From Lama guanicoe (taxonomy: Eukaryota): DNA of 64,000 bases. The DNA lies in NCBI GenBank assembly GCA_013239625.1, contig MU054212.1, positions 6,236,270-6,300,269 on the forward strand, given 5' to 3'. Below, piece after piece: positions 51,660 through 64,000 of this stretch. Each line of letters starts with the position of its first letter. Within the stretch, counting starts at the first letter, position 1. The notes under the pieces are model-generated. The model had not been told where the DNA came from and did no database searches. It saw only the letters and a list, made by a program, of their open reading frames with translations. A program made the position numbers and the translations under genes.

Positions 51660-52813
51660 GCGGCAGATGGGGCAATGAGGCAGCTCTCCAAATCCAAAAA
51701 AGTCCTTATGTGAGGCTGCCTCCACCTCTCTCATCCTTTATCTTCACACCGGGGAGGAGACAGGTGACCTGTGACGTCCTCAGTCTGCCATCACCCCAGC
51801 TTGTTTTCCTTCCGTGGCAGGCGTTCAGAATAGGATTCTTTTTAATGAAGCCAACATTTTAATGTAGTTCTCCGTGTCAGACAGCAGGGGGCAGTTTGTA
51901 CTTGGTTCAGCTAGCCTATCCTTAAACACATAGGGAAAAACAGAGCCAATTCTGACTTTGTCAAAAATACCCTCGCCTGCTTTTAGACTGTGTTCTCACC
52001 TATTTTGTCACCTTTGCCTTCAATACCTTTCTGTCTCAACGGCTGCACACCCGGCCTCTAGCTGGTTTCCCAGCCCGGATTCACTTTCCAGAGAAAACCA
52101 GATGTTAAGAAAAGTCACGTGACCCTAGGTGACCCAGCAAACCCCACTTCTAAGCGAAATGGAAGCCATTGAGAGTCTCACCTACTGCATTTCTTCCTGG
52201 GGCTGGGGGGCAATGCTCCTGCCCAGAGGACCCACCGCCCCGGTTACTGTGACGCGCTGGATCACAGTTTTTCATCTGGAGCAGCTCTTTTGAGGATAAA
52301 AGAAAATATTCAGAGCAGCAGATTCTCCTCTCCAACAGCTGCAGGCTTTCCACTTTTGAGCTTTTTAAAAGATGGTGGTGGCGGTGGAGTAGATGAGGTT
52401 TGGATAAAGAAGACAGAGGCTTGTAAGCGGGCCAAAGGGGACTCCTGCCCCACTTTGGGGTCTTCTTTTCTTAAGAAGCTGAGAACCAACCAAGACACTG
52501 AAAAGTCCTGGCTGGGTCACTCCACTCCTTGGCTTTTGGGAGTAAATACTGGTTACCAAGTAAGTCAGATATTGTGTCTTGTCAGGGAATTGTCAGGGAA
52601 TTGTCAGAAGCCAACCGTGTTTCTTTGCTTTCTCAGGGACTGTCTATAGAATGCAGGATGGATGGGTGTAACTTTTATAGATGTGCTTGGTTCTGTTTAT
52701 GCTCAGAGTAACAGGAATCATGGAAAACGTGAGAAGATGAGGAGTCTGTCGGTTAACATCTCAACTTTGAAAATAAACAGTCAATTCTCAATATTGGATT
52801 AGAGTGGAGCACA

Positions 52814-52855
52814 AGGAAAACAGGGTTAGGAAAACAGGGTTAGGAAAACAGGGTT
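52814..52855. repeat. Perfect tandem repeat, 14 bp x 3 (AGGAAAACAGGGTT)
   Basis: Read directly from the sequence. Confidence 0.95.
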
Positions 52856-55434
52856 AAGACTGGATTTGATTCAGGAATTTCTAAATTTCAGAATTAGTTA
52901 TTAAATACGACGTTTCACTAGGGACTGCTTACCCAGATGTCAGCTATAACAGGCTGAAATGTCGATTACAACATGCATTTCAGGTTAGGACCATTGGCTG
53001 ACCCAGGGCTCGGAACACAGAAAAGCAGCCACTTGTAGTCGAATGTGACCTCTGGGAAGTCGTTTCTTCCTCTTCTTAATAACCCCAGGGACTCAAGGTC
53101 AACGACAGCTGGCTCTGCCTCCTCCTCCCAGAGCTGGCTGGTCCTAAAGAGCTTCCCCAAAGGTTTCCCGTGTAAGAGGAGGTGAGTGAGGAAGAGCAGT
53201 ACAAAGCAGCATGTGTAGGTCACAGGGACCAGGGAGGTGAGCTCTGTGACTGGGAGTGTTTCCAGCAAACTCCAAAAATAGCGTTTGAAATATGGGAAGC
53301 ATCTGAGGTGGCCACATGACTCCTGAAAGGAGATAAAGAACACAGGTGTGTGTGTATGTATGTGTGTGTGTGCGAGCAAGAGACCTTAGGAGACGGGATG
53401 TGGTCACTGAGGAGATGCTAATATAAGGCCGGAGAAACGTTTCCTTCCGTTGTGATGAGAGGGTAGTTTGGGTGGGACTTGAAGGGCAAAGAACTAGGCT
53501 TATTTGAAACCCCTTTTGGAGAAAAGGTAGTCAAGAGTAAAACAGAAACCGACTTCAAAGGGACCCTGCCCACGACAAGGATTCAGCTGTAAGCAAAGAG
53601 CTTGTGTTCCAGAGGCAGGTGCGTGAGGGTGGCCCTGGTGGTGAGCGCAGCCCATGGCCCCACTGACTCCTCTCCGCGTGTTCCTGTCAACCGGCTGCCG
53701 CCGATGTGTGGCCGCTCAAATGCAGCCATAGTTCACTGCATTTTAGGGAGAAAATTACACATTTTGGGATTCGGAAGTTACCCATCGTGAGAGTTTACTG
53801 GGCCACCTGACTTCCTGTCTCTTACACCCTTCTACTCATTCCACTTTCCTTTGCTTCCTGACTCGATTCATCCTGGGACATTTCTATCCCAGAGAAACGG
53901 AGCTGTGGCTTGAAAGAAACGTTACGTGACAATAAAAGGCAATTTACATACTGGATGGCCAATCGCCTTATTTCCAGTTTTCCCTCACATCCAGTTTCAC
54001 TTTTTAAAGTTGCTATGTTTTCAGCACATTCCTTCTAAACGTCTCAGCATGCGGCTTTCATCACGTTACTCCCCACCTCCAGCGGCCCCTCTGACTACTG
54101 GCTGAAGTCCAGCCTCTCCTGCCTCTGGCTGAGGCCCGCTGCAGTCTTTCCAGTGACTTCCAGCTAGAGTTATTCCATTTTATTCCATCTTTCTAGTTCT
54201 TTCTCCCATCACTCCTCTCTATGAACACACAGGTCCATCCGATGGGGGCAGATTCAGTGTCACCTGAACACATCTTGTGCTTTCTCGTGTCTTTCTTGGT
54301 TTTAGTTCTTACTGCCCGTTCCCCTCTTAACCGTCGGTTCCCAAAGCCCAGCCCTGAACGTTACAGGGTCGGGTTTGGGAGCATCAGAAGTAGCCACTGG
54401 TATACCTGTCACTGCTCTGAACTCTGCTAACGCACTGCAGAAATTCACTTACTCTCCATGTATATTCAAGTAGCCCGAAAGTAGAAATGCTAGGGACTGC
54501 CCTCATTGTTATCAGCGCCCTGGGGGATGGCAGAGCTCGGGGAGCTGTCCTCTCTGGCTCAAACAGGTCACACAGAATGCCGGGTGGAGGTTATCAGAGG
54601 TTAAACCAAAAAATACAGTGAAAAGGCACTTTTAGTTTTAAACACATACCATAGGAATGCCTTTTGTATTTTTATGTGGAAACTGTTAGGATAAGTTATT
54701 TGGGCTGCATGTGTCCTCATATTGGTGTCACTTGAGAAGAGCAAAGGGGCCAGCAGACCCGGTACCTACGACCACTGTCAAGTCTGCCGCTGCCACACAT
54801 GACGCAGTGTCAGAGTGAAAGAGATGATGGTAGTTCTGACCCGGGCACTGTCGTGGCTTCGCTGTCAGCACCCCGCCCCGGGTAATGGCTGTTCTAAACG
54901 AGGATGCCCTTCTCGTCCTCCCCAGTGCAGCCTTCAAGACTGAACCACTGGCAGCGCAGGGAGGGCGGGGCTCCTGGACTATTAGGAATCAGCCTCCAGG
55001 GCTGGTGCTAAGTCAGGGGATGGCATCCTGGTCTGAGGTCGGTGTTACCACCCATCACAGACGATGGGCGACCCTGGGCTACAGGAAGGTAATTTCTGGT
55101 GATGAGTAGCTTGGGTTATGACAGGGTCAGCGACCACAGCACAGATTCAGAGGGCAGCAGGGCGCGCGGGGTCCCTTCCGAACCCAGCGCCTGGTTCATG
55201 AGCGGTTCTCTGGTCTAAAGCCTTCCTTTCCAGTGGGTTTACCTCCAGCACAACACTCTCATCCTTTCCCGTTACAACAAGCCTTCCTCTTTTCTAAAGA
55301 ATTGCTCGATGACTCTGTCTTATCAAAGACAAGATTCGATGGCTACCCAGGAGGAAGACACCTCTCCTCAGTGTTCACACAGCTGACTGCTAACCCAGGC
55401 TAACAAGAAAGTCAACTGGAGGTGAAGTGGTGAG

Positions 55435-55599
55435 TTCTTTTTTTAATGTTTTATTTATTTCTGTATTATTTTATTTTATTTTTTTGGCGGGGGTAATTAG
55501 GTTTTTAAATTTATTTTTAATGGAGGTACTGGGGATTGAACCCAGGACCTCATGCATGCTAAGCATGTGCTCTACCACTTGAGCTGTGCCCTCCCCCCG
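55435..55599 (-). mobile_element. tRNA-Ala-derived SINE (vic-1-like)
   Basis: ggaggtactggggattgaacccaggacctcatgcatgctaagc. Confidence 0.88.
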
Positions 55600-56651
55600 A
55601 AGTGGGTAAGTTCTGCTCTTTCTGGAACTGTCACTTCAGTCTATGAGACATATTCTTAGGGAGGCATACTCAAGTGACTGCCATCTGACACACTGACTTA
55701 ATTGAATAGTGGGAGTTTGAGCTAGGCTGTAAAAGGTCTCTGTCCTGGGGGCCAATGGCCGGGATCATCTACTTCCACTGCCCCTGAAAGTCTGAAGAAC
55801 ATGGCCTTCGCTTTCCCTTTTGCTACATACGACATGAATTCCCCTCGCTTCTGATTTGTTCTGTCAGATGCGGAGCGCCTATCGCGTGTTCATGGAGCTG
55901 GTGTTGTGTAGAAGAGACAAGAAAGAGTAGCTCCTGGCATTAGCTGGGAGGGAAGGGGACAAACACGGGAGTGAGATGAAAGTCAGTCATGGAATAACAG
56001 AAGGTGGGGCGAGGGTCAGTGGGAGCAGCAAGAGTTTATTCGAAGTGGCAGGAGGAGAACAAATTCACAGGAAAGTACACTGAGACAGTCTCCAGAGAGA
56101 AGGAATTATGAGTGGACAAACGGTACATGGGCATGAAAAGTCCACCAGGATGACCCCCGGTCTGGGGGCTTAGAGGATGAGATAAGTCCTGGTGCCGTTT
56201 ATCAGACAGAAACTGAGAAGGAAGAGCAGCGCTTGGGAGAGACCAAGGAGGAGTCCAGTGTTGGACAGAGTCTGGGCCTGATGTTCTGCTGACAGAGCCT
56301 GAAGTCGTGGCGGCAGTGAGATCCCCGAAGAGGAGGGAAGGGGGCTGAGCCCTGAAGGGGCGGGCAGAGGAGGAGGCCACGGAGGAGACACACACGGGAC
56401 CGCATCCACCACTCAGAGCCCAGAACAGGCTCCAGCGTGTCAGAGAAGCAAGGGTGGGGAGGACGGCGTAGGGGAGCGGTGGCGGGAAGACGGCAGGGCG
56501 GCAGGGAGTCAGGGCAGGTCGGGAGATGTGAGACAGCCAGCTGGTCCCTGCGGATCCCACCAAGGAAGCAGATTCCAGGGACCCAAAACCAGAGCAGGAG
56601 GTGAGGGTGGGTTAGCGAGGACACACCACTCTTTTCAAGAATACTGGCTGG

Positions 56652-56805
56652 ACTATATACAAAAATACATTTTAAAAAAGTTTCTTCTCTGTAGCACAGG
56701 AAACTATGTTCCATATCTTATAATAACACTTGATGAAAAAGAACATGTGCTATATACCAGAAATGGACACATTATAACTGATAGTGCTTCAATTAAGAAA
56801 AAAAA
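56652..56805 (+). mobile_element. Heavily truncated young L1 3' end
   Basis: Perfect 15-bp TSD AAGAATACTGGCTGG at 56637-56651 and 56806-56820. Confidence 0.85.
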
Positions 56806-59800
56806 AAGAATACTGGCTGGGAGGGAAGGGGGAGGCAGTGATTAGAAAGGGGCACTGGACTGAAGGAGGCATGGCTTTCTTCTTAACTGGGAAGACATTT
56901 GAAAATGTGCCTGGATACGTACACGCAGGCATGTAACCTGGCGGTCAAGGGCACACTGACCCAGGGGTCTGGGCTCTCCTTTATTTTAAAAAAAGGAGAG
57001 AACACATTTTTCCCACTGCTCTCTGCCTTCGCCATGCCAGCAATGGGCATGGACAGCTAGCAAAGAGATCCCTGGTAGCTTATTCTCCCACAGCTAAAGC
57101 CAAGACGGACACGCCCAGCAGGAAGCTTCCTGTCTCAATGTGAAGGTGGTCAACAAAGTCAAAACCCAGCTCCCATCTGTGGTCAGAATCACACGCACCA
57201 TAGAATGGGGCTATTTTCTTCATTTTCAGAATCCTCGCCAGAAAGTGTAACTTGATTTCCTGACCCCTGGAATAGGCATCTGAGCGTGTGTTCCCCACCA
57301 CTGCTCGCCAGTCCTCCCAGCTGTGACTCTGTTTAGCTGGGAGGGAACTGAGCAGGGAGTGAAGGACCAATAATTTATGGGAAATGGGAAACAAGGTCTG
57401 CCCCCTAAATAGCCACATGTTAAAGGTAACGTATGAGAATTTAATCATAGGTACAAAGCTCATGATTGCACGGTTGAAAACAGGGTAAAATGTTGATGTT
57501 TAGAGGACAAAAATCCAAACAGTACATACAACTGGAGTATTTTATATATATATATGAAACATTTTCTTTCTCCTGGGACATTATCTTTCTTGGACACTTC
57601 CTAGGAATTAAATGAATACAACAAATAAAAGACACACAGAGCGCGTATGAAACAGCATAGTGTGGGAATGGGGGCATTTTGGTATAATATTTCTTGGAAA
57701 GCCTTAGTTTCCTGGAACCCCCTACTTGTCTTCTGTGGAAGAAGTGACACTTTCACACCACTTCACTAACTGGACCAAGGAGACAGCTTAAGAAAAGTAA
57801 ATGGAATACTTACTATGATATGTTCTTTCCTGCACTTTTTTTTTTAGGGGGGAGGAGGAATCAATTTCATAGCAGTGATTACTCAACTTTTAAACACAAG
57901 GCATTGGATCTGGAGATACTTGCCAATGAGGCCTTCCACTGCCTTGTCTACAGTCTAAAGTCTACCCTCTCATGCCTGTGGGTGAAGATCTCGGGTCTCA
58001 GATCACACTAGGGATTCTGCCATCCTCGGGCAGACTCAGGATTATTTTGTTTCCCTGTTGATGACAATTCATAAAACATATATGCAAGATGAGCTTGACT
58101 GAAGACTGGACTCACCTTTACTATGAGTTTCCTTCTCTAAAAAAGCTGACTCTGAGATAGTGTCAGCGTTCCAAAGAAAGGAGTTTTGTAACCATGCTTT
58201 CCTGAACTTTGTAACTTTGCCTTCACTGCACGGCCTCTGCCCTGTATTTTACGTTTTTTTCCCACACTCCCTCTCCTCGATAACAAAATCATTCCAGCCT
58301 AAAGAAATCTTATTTATAAAGAGGCTTTTATACAAAGAGGTCACAACCCTGTCACATACCCATCAGCGATATTTTCAGCCCAGTAGAAGTTAAAGTTTTC
58401 TAATGACAAGATGGCAATAAATGAAGGTCTATTTGATGAATTACGCAAGGGCAGATGTGATTTACAGTCGGAGTCCTGATTCCCAGATGCGCACGTTCCT
58501 TTTTCCCATTGTCTGAGCTGATGATAAGGACCCAAGGCAGGCCTGGGGCTGACATGGCCTCCAACCTCCAGGCCTCGGGCGAGGGAGTCAAGGCGGAGGG
58601 CACAGGAGGCCGCTACTCGGAGGCAAGAAGGGCATGCAGTTCTGAAAAGAATACTTGTTTAGATTCCAGGGTGCTTCCGTGGACTCTGAAGGAAGAATAT
58701 GCCATTGGGCCAGAGAATAAAGACCTTTTCTGAGCAAGGAGTATAATGCATGACAGATACATTTAAATAGTATATAACCTTCCTATTAATGTCACTTTGT
58801 GCAAATGCCAACCCTAAGAGTGCAGATTTGGAGCCAGAGCAATCCCATAGAATTATTTCAATGACTCCATTAACATTCAAATCATTGAGACTTTCAGTGG
58901 ACACAGGAGAAGACAATTTGTGATCTAGATGGTTTCATTTAAAAACAAATAACCTACACGAAACTGAAGGCAATTAGTTTCCAAAATTACCAAAAACACA
59001 GTAATAATTCAATTCTTATTTCAGTTAACAAATGGGAGACCTTGGGATGGCTTGCTTACAGAGTACTCCTCAAAAGTGGTAATTAAAATGAATTAAATGT
59101 CAGATGCCTTAGGAGATCTCATTAATTAGTGGAATCCCAAGTGAGTCCTTTTGCAGAGCAATTATTTTGAAAAAGTAAATAATCACTTCCAGATTAATCT
59201 TTTTAGTATGTACACTGGACTATGAATATGTCAAGTTCATTTAGGAAAATCTCTCCCTTTAAGGCCTTCTCTAATATTAATATTCAATAGAAGGAGAAAG
59301 CCCAAAGACAAAATAAAATAAACATCCAGAGTAGAACAATTCCTAGAGCCACTTCTCTTGATTTTTAAACAATATATTTTCATGGCTTTTTCTTAACGTG
59401 GGTAGTCTTGTGAGGGCCCCCCATTCTGTGGGGTGGCCACATGCAGGTGTGGCACCTGGCAGTGTCACAACCCAGCCTAGCCTTGCGTAACGGAATTAGC
59501 CAAGGCAACTTCTCAGCTTTAACAGTTCTGCAGCCTTCCCTAGGAATTTCAGTATTTGCAGGCTTCGAGCCACATATGGCGTTTTTATAGGTACCCTGTA
59601 GTTCTACAAAACCCCCAACCTCCCAACGAAAGGATTATGCGTTACTGGGGTCCACAGGTTGCCAAGTATTAAGCTTCTTTTTTTTTTTTTTGGTTTATGA
59701 TTACAAATTTGGCTCCACAGCGAGGTAACCATAACATATATAGCATACATGCATATACAGCAAATATAACATAAGCTCGCTTATCAAGTAGGTATTTTTA

Positions 59801-62800
59801 AAGTCATATGAAGAGAATGTTTTGTTATTCTGAAACCCAGTTAGGTTTCTGGGATATCTAGAGACCTAGCAAAAGGAAACTATCACATGGACTTTGGGAA
59901 TGTGGGGGTGACTGGCCTCTGCCTGGGTGCCAGGGCTCTCTGCTGGCCTGGCTGTGCAGGCAAATGTCCTTGTCCCCATGAGCTTTCATGACTCTTTGGA
60001 GAGGCCTGGTGCCTTAGTTAATAAGGAAGGACAGAGGAAATATTTTCCAAAAAATTATTTTCTATCTGACCCTAAAAAAAGAATCCATCCCATATTAAGT
60101 TACTGCTACTATTTATTGAATGCTTCCCGAGTGCCAGGGAAAGGTGCCAGGCACTTTGTACAAGACAATAATGCAGTGAAGACGCTGTTATTCATTCCCC
60201 TGGGAACTGATTTAGGAGGTTAAATATTTTGCCCGAGGTAGGAAGGTACCAAGTGGCAGAGTGACGATGCAAATCCACGCGTGGTTCTTAGACGCGATGC
60301 TTTGTGCTTCGAGTTGTCTACCACATAGTGTGGCGAAGCGCCTCTCTCTGCTTCCGGTTACATTCCACGGAGAGGGGGGAGGCAGGCTCCCAGGATGCTC
60401 GGTGTTTCCTTCCATTTTCCCATCAGCTGTTCAGTCTGTCTGAGGCAGATTCAGACACCTGCCTGACTGCTGTACAGCTCAGTCAGTCTTTTCAAGCACC
60501 TCCTGAACTAGGTCCAGCCTGAAATCTGGCGTTAAATTCACCCTTTACATCTTATTGTTCTCAAACGTCCACAACAGCAACATAAAGTGCTCCATTACAG
60601 GCACTTTATCCACAGTGGACTTCCAGCTAATCCATCTTATAGCTCAGCCCCCACACCCTGCTTCTCCTATGCCCAAGGGGGCGTCCCTGTCCATCCCGAA
60701 GGCTAACAAATTCTCCGTCCCTACTGTGCTGCCACATGCTTAAACCAGCGGTTTACAACCTAGAGCTCCGTTTATGATTTTCTTTTCACAAATCTCAGGA
60801 ATTGCTAATGTTAACATCCAACCTTTTTTTTTTTTTTTTTGCTGTTACTGAAGACAGGGGACATTAATTAATCCCTGGGTTCTGGGATCCTCAGGTTTGA
60901 TACTGTTGTACCAATAGCTTTAGAAGAGTTGTGATCCTGTGGTTTTGATACTGACTTTGTAATTCAGCGCACAGCCCAGAGTAATCTGGGAGTCAAACAT
61001 TCTACTTACAGAATTTCATGCAGTATCAAGCCTTCTCATCATTGCTCTCCAGAATGGCATTCTCCAAAGAGGGGGAAAAATACTCAAAAAGGCAGCTCTT
61101 GAAGACTGTCACTTGTAGAGTGTATCTGGGTAAATATATTACACATTACCAGCCAACTGGCAGACAATTACAATTATGGAATGAGGCCCACAATGTTACG
61201 AAACAGAGGATATGTTTAGAATAAACATATGGACCAAAAAGGATAACCCACTTAAGAGAAACCGTCAGGTCATTCTGATTTGAGGGCACTCTGCAAAATT
61301 TTACAGAATGAAAGTGTCACCGCTTAGCGAGCTGGGCGGCTCCCTGGCTTGGGCTCCTCTGCAGTGAGTTTTTAAAGGATACAAGCGGCTGCGTCCTTTC
61401 CGTGCCCGGAAACAGGAGCCGTTCCCTCCTCCCTGGGACGTTCCAGGGGATGGCTTCTTAAACTCGGGAAAGGTGAGTGGCAGGGTTTTGTATTTTAAAA
61501 AAAAAATTAAATGTTCTTTACCAAGATCTGGACTAAGCATAATTCTAAGTAGCCATATTAGGGACAGAGCACAATAACAGGGCTAAGCTGATACTCCCCC
61601 ACTGAAGATTTTCTGTTCAGCGCCAAAGCCTGGTTTTCCATTTTAGGATGCGGGGAGGATGGTAGACAGGCATACTGGGATGCTGCTGGGGCTGCAGCCC
61701 ACTGCTGGGAACCCTACAAATGCGATCGTGGATGGAGACAGATTTAGTCTCACTTCCTACGGAAAGAAATAAAGATCGTCACAATCTGCTGGGGAAGAGC
61801 ACAGATGTTGGCTCTGACTTAGAACCCTGAAGCAGGGAGAGAAGAAAAGAATGAGGAGAAAATGGGACAGGCTGACAGACACAGCAGTGATGTCACTGTC
61901 CCTCTAGAATTTAACATGACTGGGCCATGGACTGCGGCAAAGCAGAGTTCATTCTCTGATTACCAGCTCTCCTTCCCTGGCTATGAAAGACGTGTTTTTT
62001 TTCACGTCTCCAGCATCTTCTGTTCCTGAAGACCTGGTAGGAGTTGTCACCTTCCCAGGTAACGTCTCACTTGGAAGTGGCCTTGTTTGAAAACTTACTT
62101 CTGTCTTTAATTATAAGGCAGACTAGCTGTGAGACACGCGGCCCATCTCTCTCCCAGGTCCCGCCCACGGTCACTATCCGAAGCAGTTCTGTTTAGTTCT
62201 GTGGGAGCACTTGAATTTATGCCCCATTAAAGTTCCCTTTTGAAAATTACGAGCTGAAGCCACATCTAACAATCATGACGTTCTCTGCATCCCACGCACA
62301 GGCTAAAAATGGAAAATTCATTTCGTGGTCGTAGAACCAATAAAAAAATATGACTTCATTTGAAATGCCTAATTCTTAAAAAAAGGAAATTAAGTAATTT
62401 CAGGTGTTTATACAACGTCCTTATGACTAGAGCATTCTATAAACACTGAACATGCTCCGAGAAGGTTCTCTTACGTCATAAGAAATTACAGCTTCGACAG
62501 GAGGCCAAAACCTTTTCTGCCGCTGTGAGATTTGCTTTTAGTTTCAAATTTAACTCTAACATTTTTCTTTTAGTACCAAGGTCAAGACAGGGCCTCTTAA
62601 TATTTATGTTCTTACTCATCTTTCATTAGCCACAGTGCAAAGAAGTGTTGCCAGTTTCCTACCTCAAGACGGGGTGACATAAATGACTCCGGGTGTGACC
62701 ACCTGGGATGAGTCAATGAGTCCCCACTGTGTGCCAGTGGGACCAACGTTCTCTAGGAAAAGCTCATGTGGTCATATTCTTATTGAAGATAAGTACCCCA

Positions 62801-64000
62801 AGCCTCAAGCAATATCAAAGGCATAGCTGAGTTGAGACATTCCTAAAACTGCCTACAGTACTTACTAAGAGTGTCCCCTTACCTTTTACTATTTTGGGGA
62901 GGAGGGAGGGAACACCATCTGACATGAATAGAAGAACCAAGGACTCTGACTCCACCAAGACTTCCCCCAAATATTCCACGACCCCTACTGGGTACAGGGC
63001 TCTCTGGGCTTGTGTCTTAAGGTCCCTGGAAGAATCTGGAAAGAGCAGGGAAAAGTCCAGACCAGCAACTTCTGGAGAGTTTCTGTGTCATGGGACAGAC
63101 GCTGGAGGTGGGTCTTCTCTCAGGAACGCTTTGCAGCAGTGAGGGCTCTGCGTGGACAGCTAGCCACGATTGTCCTGCACGGAGGGCTGCCCGGCTGTCC
63201 ATGACCTGGTTCCAGCCTGGAGGCCACCACTGCCCTTCACTCTCCTTAGTCAGCCCTGTTCCACTGGCCCAGCAGGACTCTGGGCTCTTCCTCATCAGCC
63301 CCAGCCTTTGCTCACACCCTTCTGTCTGCAATGCCCTTCTTTCTCTCCGCTCTTCCCGTCCATGTATATTCCCTCAGCTCATCTGAAATATCCTCTCCAT
63401 GAAAGCTTCCCTCATTCATCGCCCAGCTAGTGGTTTCCTTCTCCTCTGACTCCCCCTTCTCCACGACATGACCTCTGTAGCCCTCCCACGTTTTAACCTG
63501 TACAGTTGTCCTCTCTTTTCATCTGTTCCCTTCTCTATAAAACAAAAAGGTACTAGAATCCAGAGTCCAGGGGTTATTGATGGTGACTTTCCTAGCATCT
63601 AGCCCAGTAATTCCGTGGTTTTCAAATGAGGCTCTGCACAGCCCCAGGGTTCCAGACAGGCCACCCGGTCGGGGCACAGGGCCATGGGGAGACCCCTTCC
63701 CTCCAATCTGTGCTTTAGTCAGGTGGGTTTGGATGGTAATTCTTCTATTTATTGGGATTTGTGTAATTTTTTTTTAAGGATTCTGCTGGAGGTAGAAGAA
63801 AAAAAGAAACCACTGCAATAGACAGTGTCAAATAAATAAAGAGAATCACCCTATGCCTTGAACACTTTCTCCCTTTAGATAGAAAGAAATCCAGTGATCA
63901 AAACTGAGCTGCGAAGGTTCAGAGTGCCTGTCAATCAAAGGACATGGTCAAAACAGAGGGCCCTTTCTGTCCTGTATGATCACTTTACATTAAAATTTGA

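Noticed and set aside
52814..52855. CRISPR-like or telomeric repeat
   Set aside because: Head-to-tail 14-mers with no spacers and no (TTAGGG)n array; eukaryotic intron.

Overview
Mammalian genomic DNA, most likely a camelid: at least 13 copies of a tRNA-Ala-derived SINE resemble the camelid vic-1 family. The + strand carries coding exons 2-15 of MEP1B (meprin A beta, 533-22861). Exon 1 lies upstream of the window. All 14 exons splice GT-AG into an intact frame: propeptide, astacin, MAM, MATH/TRAF, EGF, TM, tail ending QYAL*. The - strand carries the last two coding exons and a ~4.3 kb 3'UTR of GAREM1 (SAM-domain C-terminus), tail-to-tail with MEP1B. The rest is intronic or intergenic DNA with L1, L2, MIR, SINE, Charlie, Tigger and LTR relics. 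I found no convincing evidence of a wholly new biological system. The best leads are: (i) a possible unannotated spliced + strand transcript at ~40.4-43.6 kb; (ii) a very GC-rich GAREM1 terminal exon with a GC-biased-gene-conversion-like amino-acid shift; (iii) meprin beta changes (GCWS->GCSS, 13 N-glycan sequons); (iv) an L1 3' transduction; (v) a re-used L1 target site; (vi) an ERV1 solo LTR with duplicated POU-dimer motifs. Comparisons with human proteins and repeat family names are from memory and need alignment or RepeatMasker confirmation. Repeat boundaries are approximate unless a target-site duplication (TSD) is given.
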